A stretch of 64,000 nucleotides of DNA from a virus: IMG/VR virus record IMGVR_UViG_2935423994_000003. The stretch is one strand, 5' to 3'. Numbering within the stretch: position 1 is the first letter of the stretch; each line of letters starts with the position of its first letter. Position numbers and translations under genes: made by a program. Below, piece after piece: positions 16,967 to 23,960 of this stretch. The notes beneath the pieces are model-generated. The model saw only the letters and a list, made by a program, of their open reading frames with translations, made no database searches and was not told where the DNA came from.

Positions 16967-18225
16967 GCGGTGAGCCGTTTGGCCTTGAGGGCGGCAAAAC
17001 TCTCGCCGGTTTCCACCAGCACTGCCTCCTCGCCGGTGAAGGACTGCCAGCGCTCGATGGCGACATCGACATAGGCCGGGTTCAGTTCCACCCCGTAGCA
17101 AACGCGCCCCGTGGTTTCCGCCGCGATCAGCGTGGTGCCGGAACCCATGAAGGGCTCATAGACCGCCTGACCGGGGACCGAGTTGTTCAGGATTGGCCGG
17201 CGCATGCATTCGACGGGTTTCTGGGTGCCGTGCACCGTGTCTGTGTCCTGATCCTTGTTCGCGATCTGCCACAGCGTCGTCTGCTTGCGATCGCCCGCCC
17301 AGTGGCCCTTGCCCTTGGCGCGCACCGCATACCAGCAGGGTTCATGCTGCCAGTGATAGTCGCCACGGCTCAGCACCAGCCGGTCCTTGGCCCAGATGAT
17401 CTGCGACCGGATGGCGAAACCCGCCGCCAACAGGCTGTCGGCCACGGTGGCGGCATGGAGCGCGCCATGCCAGACATAGACCACATCGCCCGGAAACAGC
17501 GCCCAAGCCTCGCGCCAGTCGGCGCGGTCGTCGTTCAGCACCTTGCCAGTGCGCTTGGTCCTGGCCGCGCCCGCCTGGTTGCGCCAGGATGGGTCATAGT
17601 CCACGCCATAGGGCGGGTCGGTCACCATGAGGAGTGGTCGCACATCACCCAGCAGCCGCCCGACCACATCGGCGGAGGTGCTGTCGCCGCAAATCAGACG
17701 GTGCGATCCCAACTGCCACAGATCGCCCGGTACCGAGACCGGCGTGACCGGTGGTTCGGGAACATCGTCCTCGCCCTCGACCGGGCCATCCCCGCCCAGC
17801 GCCTCGGAGTCCTGCAGCAGCGCGTCCAGATCATCCTCGCTGATGCCCAAGAGCGACAGGTCGAAATCCTCGGCCAAGAGCCCCGCGATCTCGTCGCGCA
17901 AGATCGCCTCGTCCCAGTCGCCCAGTTCCGTGAGTTTGTTATCGGCGATCCGGTAGGCCCGGCGTTCGGCCTCGTCGAGATGGCTGAGCCGGATCACCGG
18001 CACGTCCGTCAGCCCCAGCATGGTGGCCGCCAGCACCCGGCCATGCCCCGCGATCAGCTCGCCATCGTCGGCCACCATGCAGGGCACGGTCCAGCCGAAC
18101 TTGGCCATGCTGGCGGCGATCTTCGCGACCTGGTCGTCGCCGTGCATCCTGGCATTGCGGGTATAGGGGCGCAGCCGGTCGATTGGCCACGTCTCGATCT
18201 CGCTTGGCGCGAAGACAAGGTCCAT
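16963..18225 (-). CDS. ParB-like N-domain fused to amino-DNA methyltransferase (DPPY)
   Basis: IAGHGR, VTDPPY, YEPFMGSG, HGTQKP motifs. Confidence 0.9.
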   Translation of the reverse strand: MDLVFAPSEIETWPIDRLRPYTRNARMHGDDQVAKIAASMAKFGWTVPCMVADDGELIAGHGRVLAATMLGLTDVPVIRLSHLDEAERRAYRIADNKLTELGDWDEAILRDEIAGLLAEDFDLSLLGISEDDLDALLQDSEALGGDGPVEGEDDVPEPPVTPVSVPGDLWQLGSHRLICGDSTSADVVGRLLGDVRPLLMVTDPPYGVDYDPSWRNQAGAARTKRTGKVLNDDRADWREAWALFPGDVVYVWHGALHAATVADSLLAAGFAIRSQIIWAKDRLVLSRGDYHWQHEPCWYAVRAKGKGHWAGDRKQTTLWQIANKDQDTDTVHGTQKPVECMRRPILNNSVPGQAVYEPFMGSGTTLIAAETTGRVCYGVELNPAYVDVAIERWQSFTGEEAVLVETGESFAALKAKRLTA

Positions 18226-18314
18226 GAGGCGGGTCTCAAATGTGGAGCAGGGCGAAAACGTGCACGCGCGCCGCGAGCATGTTCAGCAGCGGGAGCGGGG
18301 TCCGCGATGTGGGG

Positions 18315-18349
18315 AAAAAGAAAACGCCCGGAAGGGTTTCTTCCGGGCG
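18315..18349 (-). terminator. Intrinsic terminator in the late-operon leader
   Basis: 10-bp stem CGCCCGGAAG/CTTCCGGGCG followed by TTTTCTTTTT on the minus strand; structural homolog at 58210-58246. Confidence 0.65.
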
Positions 18350-18444
18350 CTATTCTTCGATGATCAATGGGTACGTCAAGGGGGCTAGAAATGTCAAACC
18401 ATTTTTGCGCCTGGAATCAACACGTTCCGGTTCGCCCGAGCGCA

Positions 18445-18679
18445 GGTGACTTCCTGACGCGGCGGCGGTGGCCGGTGGATTCCGTAAGGTGGATTCCCTG
18501 GCTTCCCGGTGGACTCCACCTGAGCCAGTTGGGTGCTTGCGTAAGGCTTTGATATTGAGTCAGAATTTCCAGCAAGGCCGCTGCGGTGGCTTCCGGGTGG
18601 ATTCCCCGGTGAGGAATCCAGTCGCTGGCGAAATGGCGCGCTCAGCCCCCCCGTATACAGATCCGGCCTGGGAGGAACC
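18445..18679 (-). other. Lambda-like cos region (cosQ-like, cosN-like, iterons, IHF site)
   Basis: Minus strand GGTTCCT..TATACGGGGGGGCTGAGCGCGCCATTTCGC; seven TGG(A/C)TTCC-type repeats; IHF consensus at 18542-18554. Confidence 0.72.
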
Positions 18680-18702
18680 ATGCCGGGGGGGATCAAGGAT
18701 GA

Positions 18703-19092
18703 TCAGGCGTTTCCCTCTTTTGTTTCCAGGTGATACGGCTTGATCAATGCTGCGGCCGGGATTTTCCAGCTGGTGTGGATCTTCTGGATCATAGCCAAGG
18801 TCAGCGGGCGTTTGCGGTTCATGATCTCGGATGCACGGGACTTTCCGCCGACCAGTTCTGCCAGATCACTCTGACGTCTTTGCTTTATGTCCATGAATAC
18901 CTTTAGCGTCTCGATCGGGTCGAGTTCTTCAATTGGGTATTCTCGGTTCTCATAGGCTTCGATCAGATCGGTCAGGATGTCGAAACGATCTGCTTCCGTT
19001 GTTCCGGGCTCAGGTGGAGCGTCGAAATACTGCTCGATTTCCGCAAGTGCCCAGTCCAGGTCTGCATCCGTCCGGATAGCGCGCAATTCCAT
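18703..19092 (-). CDS. higA: HigA-family HTH antitoxin
   Basis: ELRAIRTDAD..AL.EIE...LIEAYE..YPI; QSDLAELVGGKSRASEIMN.KR.LT HTH. Confidence 0.88.
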   Translation of the reverse strand: MELRAIRTDADLDWALAEIEQYFDAPPEPGTTEADRFDILTDLIEAYENREYPIEELDPIETLKVFMDIKQRRQSDLAELVGGKSRASEIMNRKRPLTLAMIQKIHTSWKIPAAALIKPYHLETKEGNA

Positions 19093-19391
19093 CAGATTTT
19101 CTCCACATCGATCTTATCGTATTCGGCATGCGTGCCGATGAACTTGATCATCACACGGTAGTACGGTCCATAGGCAACGCGCGCGACGAGGCGGAATTTG
19201 TTACCACCGATATCAAATACAACACGGCTATCCCCAACGAAGTCTACTGATGTCCCGAACATTTCTTTTACGTCCTGTGGTCGTTCCCATTTGGCCTTCT
19301 CGACCTCGAGATACCAAAACTGAAGCGGTGCTTTCGCAGATGCATGCCTGGTCCAATACTGGACAAGTGCACGCTTCGAAAGAACTCGCAT
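19092..19391 (-). CDS. higB: HigB-family toxin
   Basis: MRVLSKRAL..W...VFDIGGNKFRLV..FIGTHAEYDKID; toxin-first gene order. Confidence 0.9.
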   Translation of the reverse strand: MRVLSKRALVQYWTRHASAKAPLQFWYLEVEKAKWERPQDVKEMFGTSVDFVGDSRVVFDIGGNKFRLVARVAYGPYYRVMIKFIGTHAEYDKIDVEKI

Positions 19392-19455
19392 AGGGCCCTT
19401 TCCCGATTTCCGTAGTGACATGGTTACATGAAAGTGTTCCCAAGCAGGGAACTTG

Positions 19456-20130
19456 TCAAGGCCTGCGAACCTGTGATCTTTCCCACGGCTGCACCTTTGG
19501 CATCACCGCCGTCACCTCCACCTCCCTCAGCATCCGGCCCGCCATCAGCCCGTCCCGCACCCAACCCAGCGCCCGCCACCATTCGTCATAGGCGCGCCGT
19601 GCAGAGTCGATCTGCTGCGGGTGTGGTGAGAAGGTCACCGGGCAGGCACGGACTTCGAGTGTGCGCCATTTCCCACGGATGAGAACCCGTTCCGTCCCGA
19701 CCACGATACTGGCCGCGCGATCACCATGGCGATTGCGCTTGATCTCGACGGGCACGCAGCGCGGCACGGCCCCCGGCATCCAGTCCGGCGTCAGACCTGC
19801 CCGTGCCAGTTCCGCCACGCGGATCGCCATGCGCTTTCCGCCGAGTCTGTCGGGCATCCCGGCGACGGTGGCGGCGATCACCTCGGCATCCTCGTGGGTG
19901 TAGCTGCCCATCTTGTGTCGGCCACCGTCGACCTTACAGCCCAGCGCGGCACGCTGCATCAGGACATATTCGAGGCCAAACCCGAAGCCTTCCTCGACCA
20001 CATCCTCTGGCGGCGGCAGGTCCAGCTGTGCCTTTTCCACCCGGAACGCCCATTCCAGCGCCGCCTGCACGCCCAGCGCGCGTTTGACTTTTGCACCACT
20101 CGTGCGGGTAATTCGTCCCTGCATGCTCAC
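19456..20130 (-). CDS. Conserved protein at the antiterminator-Q position
   Basis: Last early gene before cos; homolog at 62795-63472; function inferred from position only. Confidence 0.55.
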   Translation of the reverse strand: MSMQGRITRTSGAKVKRALGVQAALEWAFRVEKAQLDLPPPEDVVEEGFGFGLEYVLMQRAALGCKVDGGRHKMGSYTHEDAEVIAATVAGMPDRLGGKRMAIRVAELARAGLTPDWMPGAVPRCVPVEIKRNRHGDRAASIVVGTERVLIRGKWRTLEVRACPVTFSPHPQQIDSARRAYDEWWRALGWVRDGLMAGRMLREVEVTAVMPKVQPWERSQVRRP

Positions 20131-21389
20131 GGCTGCAATCCTTCAAAGAGGTTCATTTGCACCGGGCCTGCCGGCTCCTCGCTCGCTCGCCAGATCCACG
20201 GGCCCGAGGCCATGGGCAGCTGCGAGAGAGCGCCACGCATGCGCTGCTGCCAATGGGTGAACGCCGTTGCCGAGCAGGCGCAGAGCGCGTGCCCGATGGG
20301 CCAGCCCATCAGCCATCCGACGAAGAGCGGGTTCAGCCGCCGCCGTGACCGGCCCTTCAGGATCCGCCGCGAGACGGCGCGCCCATGCGAGGCAATCATC
20401 GAAGCCCAGAGCGGGCGCGAGATCGGGGCGTGCGGCGAGGACCGCGGCCCATCCGGCGAGGTCGCCAGGGCTGGGCGGGTGAAGCCCTGCTCCGCCCGAT
20501 AGTGCAGCAGGTCCATTCGGGATTTGCCGTCGGTGCGCGTCACGCTGGCCGGACTGCTGCCCTTCCAGTTCTGCGCCGCCGGTGTCGGCCATTGGATCGC
20601 TTGCGCCGACAGCTTCGGCTCGCCACGACTGTTGATCTTGCCGCGCAGCCGATCCATCTGGTCGTCGGCCACCGGCGTTTGCCATTGCGCCGCCTGCGTC
20701 GGCAGGGGCGGCATTCCGCCCGAGCCATAGCTCTGACCCGGCCCGCCCTTCGCGCCATCTGTGGCCTTCGGTGTCGACCAGTTGGTGATGCCCAGCGCCA
20801 GCGCTTCCGCCTTGCGGGTAAAGTCGCTGTTGCCCGCCGGGTTGTAGCGGGTCGTGCCGGGATGCAGGCTCATCGGTGTGGGCCAGGATGAAGATCCGGA
20901 GCCGCTGGTGCGGCGCGCCAACCTCTGCCGCGCTGAACAGACCCGCCGCAGGCGTGTAGCCCAGGCCCCAAAGCTCTCGCAGGACGGCTTCAAGGCCGAG
21001 GGTGACGTGACCTGCGACGTTTTCGAGGAACACCCATTCGGGGGCGCATTCCCCGATGACGCGGGCGACGTCGGGCCAGAGATGGCGGGGATCGTCGGCC
21101 CCTCCACGCTTTCCGGCGGCGCTGAAGGGCTGGCAGGGATATCCGGCGAGGACGGTGTCAAACGCCCCGCGGAAGGGGCGGGCATCAAAGCTGCGCAGAT
21201 CATCCCAGATCGGGGCCGGGGCGAAGTACCGCGCGGCTTGGGCGGCGATGAGCACGGCGCGGGGCCAGTCCTCCCATTCGACGAAGCATCGGGTGTGGTA
21301 TCCCGGCTCGGCAAGCATGAGGCCCAGATCAAGGCCTCCGCCGCCAGCGCAGAGGGACAATCCGTGCCGGGGACGTGACACCATGGCAT
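20127..21389 (-). CDS. Overlapping-frame ORF carrying W-x-T-P repeats and C5-MTase motif IX (beta-like polypeptide)
   Basis: WPTP/WSTP/WQTP/WPTP repeats, RRLNPLFVGWLMGWP; synonymous conservation with 63469-64000; true start unknown. Confidence 0.7.
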   Translation of the reverse strand: MPWCHVPGTDCPSALAAEALIWASCLPSRDTTPDASSNGRTGPAPCSSPPKPRGTSPRPRSGMICAALMPAPSAGRLTPSSPDIPASPSAPPESVEGPTIPAISGPTSPASSGNAPPNGCSSKTSQVTSPSALKPSCESFGAWATRLRRVCSARQRLARRTSGSGSSSWPTPMSLHPGTTRYNPAGNSDFTRKAEALALGITNWSTPKATDGAKGGPGQSYGSGGMPPLPTQAAQWQTPVADDQMDRLRGKINSRGEPKLSAQAIQWPTPAAQNWKGSSPASVTRTDGKSRMDLLHYRAEQGFTRPALATSPDGPRSSPHAPISRPLWASMIASHGRAVSRRILKGRSRRRLNPLFVGWLMGWPIGHALCACSATAFTHWQQRMRGALSQLPMASGPWIWRASEEPAGPVQMNLFEGLQP

Positions 21390-21393
21390 TCAC
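20143..21393 (-). CDS. C5 cytosine DNA methyltransferase (alpha-like polypeptide)
   Basis: LCAGGGG (motif I), GYPCQPFS (IV), FLENV (VI), HQRLR (VIII), LLGNGV (X); GTG start overlaps the rep stop codon. Confidence 0.88.
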   Translation of the reverse strand: MNAMVSRPRHGLSLCAGGGGLDLGLMLAEPGYHTRCFVEWEDWPRAVLIAAQAARYFAPAPIWDDLRSFDARPFRGAFDTVLAGYPCQPFSAAGKRGGADDPRHLWPDVARVIGECAPEWVFLENVAGHVTLGLEAVLRELWGLGYTPAAGLFSAAEVGAPHQRLRIFILAHTDEPASRHDPLQPGGQQRLYPQGGSAGAGHHQLVDTEGHRWREGRAGSELWLGRNAAPADAGGAMANAGGRRPDGSAARQDQQSWRAEAVGASDPMADTGGAELEGQQSGQRDAHRRQIPNGPAALSGGAGLHPPSPGDLAGWAAVLAARPDLAPALGFDDCLAWARRLAADPEGPVTAAAEPALRRMADGLAHRARALRLLGNGVHPLAAAHAWRSLAAAHGLGPVDLASERGAGRPGANEPL

Positions 21394-22427
21394 AGCACCC
21401 CCCTCTGCCGCAGCCGCTGGGGCGTCACCAGTCCCCGCGCCAGCATGGCGTGGCACATGGCGTTGCTGATCATGCTGGCGGGCAGGTATTCGTCGGAATT
21501 GACCTTGGCCGCGTAGAAGGCCGCAAGCTCGTCATCGCCGGGCCTGGGGCCATCAATGCGCTTGCGGCGTCGGGTGTCGCCGCTGCCGTTTGCTGAGCCC
21601 CTTGCCGCAACCGGTGCGCCGCACTGCTTCAGGCGCCCTGCCGCTCTCTGCATGGCCCGATCGAGCGCCTTGGGTCCATCTGGCGGCTCCGGATGGTCCC
21701 GCCGCGAGGCCTCTGCCACCGCGAGGATCGCGTCCTCGTCGAGACCGAGATCGTCGCGCCAGCGCCGGACATGTTCGCGCGGTGGCCAGCCCTGCCACCA
21801 GCCGGGCAGGGCGGCGGGATCGAGGCCCAGCGCCCGGACCAGCTCCCCGAAAAACTCCTCGGAGATCGCATCGCGCGCCTGCGCGCCCTCCTCCTCCTTT
21901 ACTGGTTTACTTAAAGGTTCCCTTACAGGGTTAGTGTCCGGATTCCGGACACGGGTCGGGGCATTTTCCGGACACGGCTCGGCCGGAAAATCGGACACGG
22001 GTCGGGCCTCACACCCGTGTCCGGTTTCTGGACACGGGTCGTCGTCAGCCTGCGCTTCTTCATCGAAAGGCGCTGGTTCAGCACGGCTTTCTTGCTGGTC
22101 TGGGTTGCCATGTCCGGTATCCGGACACGGGTCTGGCACATGCGGTGTGAAGCCCGCCTCGAACCCCAGAATGTAGCGGGTGGGCATCTGCCGCTTCGTG
22201 ACCGGATGCAAGCGCGGAACACGGCGCAGAAGCCCGACGGCTTCGAGCTGGCCCAGATGCTCGTTCAGCGTCGATCGGCTGATTTCGCAGTCGTGGGCCA
22301 GGCGCTCTTGCGAGGGGAAGCAGCCATAGTCGGGATTGAACCGGTCGCACAGATGCCAGAGCACGATCCTGGTGGTGGGCTTCAGCCCGCGCTGCCTGAT
22401 CGCCCAGTTGGTGGCCTCGTGGCTCAT
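21390..22427 (-). CDS. Replication initiator with N-terminal HTH
   Basis: GCFPSQERLAHDCEISRSTLNEHL HTH typical of phage O-like initiators; internal iterons. Confidence 0.75.
   Translation of the reverse strand: MSHEATNWAIRQRGLKPTTRIVLWHLCDRFNPDYGCFPSQERLAHDCEISRSTLNEHLGQLEAVGLLRRVPRLHPVTKRQMPTRYILGFEAGFTPHVPDPCPDTGHGNPDQQESRAEPAPFDEEAQADDDPCPETGHGCEARPVSDFPAEPCPENAPTRVRNPDTNPVREPLSKPVKEEEGAQARDAISEEFFGELVRALGLDPAALPGWWQGWPPREHVRRWRDDLGLDEDAILAVAEASRRDHPEPPDGPKALDRAMQRAAGRLKQCGAPVAARGSANGSGDTRRRKRIDGPRPGDDELAAFYAAKVNSDEYLPASMISNAMCHAMLARGLVTPQRLRQRGVL
21901..22133. repeat. Iterons (C/T)(C/T)GGACACGG(G/C)TC and adjacent AT-rich tract, putative ori
   Basis: Direct copies at 21945, 21968, 21991, 22028, 22121; inverted copy at 22015; AT-richer 21901-21934. 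Confidence 0.7.
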
Positions 22428-22819
22428 GGGGCGGCCCTCCGAACCGGGGCCGTCACGCGGGTGGTGAAGCCGTGCTCGGCCAGCGCGCCCAGCGCATCGT
22501 CGAGCGAGCGCACCAGCGCCCAGCCAAAGCCCTGCGCCAGCACGGCATCACGAAACGCCTCCTGCGCGGGGCTGAGCCGGCCCTTGAGGGATTTCAACTC
22601 CAGAAACAGGACGCGCCCCTCAACGAGCACCATCAGATCGGCGAAACCGGCATGGACGCCCATGCCGACCAGGATCGCCTGGCGCTTGGCGCCGCGCGGA
22701 CCGGGTTCGGTCACCTCGTTGGCGCAGTGGTGGATGATGGCCGTGCGGGGCAGGGCAAAGCGCAGCGCCTGCACCACCGCGCGCTGCAGATCGGCCTCGG
22801 GTGTGCCGCGCCGCTTCAT
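22424..22819 (-). CDS. VRR-NUC domain nuclease
   Basis: PEADLQRAV, GVHAGFADL, LFLELKS, LSPAQEAF PD-(D/E)xK pattern. Confidence 0.8.
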   Translation of the reverse strand: MKRRGTPEADLQRAVVQALRFALPRTAIIHHCANEVTEPGPRGAKRQAILVGMGVHAGFADLMVLVEGRVLFLELKSLKGRLSPAQEAFRDAVLAQGFGWALVRSLDDALGALAEHGFTTRVTAPVRRAAP

Positions 22820-23094
22820 CGGCTCGCCTCCGGCGCATCATCGTGATCGGTGCGCTGAGCGTGGCGCAGGCGCGCCGGGCAACGGGCATCGATCACAAAC
22901 AGGAGGGCACGGGCATCGCGCCGCTCCTCTTCGGTCTCGCCATGCCTCGTCAGCACATTGCAGGCGAGCCGGATCAGGTGGTCGGAATGATGCGCGACAT
23001 CGGCGATGACGGCGCGCGCCTCGGCGACGCGGTCGGTGGGCCAGGCTCGTCCTTCACGGCTCGCCCGAAACGGGCCGGGTTCATGCTCGGTCAT
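22816..23094 (-). CDS. Hypothetical protein
   Basis: ATGA overlaps with neighbours on both sides. Confidence 0.6.
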   Translation of the reverse strand: MTEHEPGPFRASREGRAWPTDRVAEARAVIADVAHHSDHLIRLACNVLTRHGETEEERRDARALLFVIDARCPARLRHAQRTDHDDAPEASR

Positions 23095-23354
23095 CGACGG
23101 CCTCCCGCGCGGGCGCGCCGGGGCGACACCTTTTCCTGCGTCTCGAGCCATTCCAGAACTGCCGCGCGTCGGTAGAGGATCTTCCTGCCGGCCTTCACGA
23201 AGGCCGGGCCGCGCCGGGCATCGGCCCAGCGCCGAAGCGTTTCCTCGCACACGCCGAGTTCGCGGGCGAGATCGGTGCGGCTGATCCAGCCCTGCAGGAG
23301 GGCTGCGGTGTTTGCGCCGTAGGGCGCGGTGGTGGTCTGTTCGCCTGGTGTCAT
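23091..23354 (-). CDS. AlpA/excisionase-like HTH protein
   Basis: WISRTDLARELGVCEETLRRW..RGPAFVKAGRKILYRR..VLEWL; divergent from the integrase. Confidence 0.8.
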   Translation of the reverse strand: MTPGEQTTTAPYGANTAALLQGWISRTDLARELGVCEETLRRWADARRGPAFVKAGRKILYRRAAVLEWLETQEKVSPRRARAGGRR

Positions 23355-23427
23355 CTGCTTTCTCCCGATTGTCGCCCGGTGAGGGCGAATGTCGTCTCGC
23401 AGCAGAAGCACAGGCCCGGGGGTGGCA

Positions 23428-23885
23428 GGGTGGCAGTGACCGGCAGTGGCTTGCCGCCCCCCGTGCCACCCCTTGTTTTATTGAAGCTTCATGATTTTGC
23501 GCTGCGGCGCAGCGGGATTTGCAGGTCTTGCAAAGTCGCCTAGGGCCAATTTCGCCGCAGACAGCACCGCCAAATCCGCGCGCAATCGGTCACATTCGGC
23601 GATTTCGGGATGTTTTGGACGACGTTCGGCCAAAGTCAGGGGGTGGCAAGGGTGGCAGTGACCGGCAGTGAGTTGCCGGTTTGCGTGCCGGTCTCTGATT
23701 TCATTGAGCTTTTTCCGGGTCCGCCGACATTGGGCGACCTTTTTCCGGGTCCGCCGACATTGGGCGACATTGGCCCAAGGTGCACGGCCTCGGCGTCGAG
23801 CCGGGCGCGGCAGCCCTTGACGCGAATTGCCAATAAAACAGGGGGTGGCGCGCACTGGCGACGGCACTGCCGGTCACTGCCACCC
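23428..23885. repeat. About 55-bp imperfect inverted repeats plus a third core copy between xis-like gene and int
   Basis: GGGTGGCAGTGACCGGCAGTG at 23428 and 23650, inverted at 23865-23885; CCACCCCTTGTTTTATTG/CAATAAAACAGGGGGTGG arms. Confidence 0.85.
23709..23768. repeat. Perfect 30-bp tandem duplication
   Basis: CTTTTTCCGGGTCCGCCGACATTGGGCGAC x2. Confidence 0.95.
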
Positions 23886-23960
23886 TGCCGGGCTGGCGCC
23901 AGGATTACCTTGCCTGTGCCGCGAATCTACGCGTCATGGACAGGGAAAGGAGGTGCCTCG

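Noticed and set aside
18445-18605. CRISPR array or minisatellite
   Set aside because: Repeats are 9-10 bp, irregularly spaced, have no unique spacers of constant length and no cas genes; better explained as cosB-like iterons.
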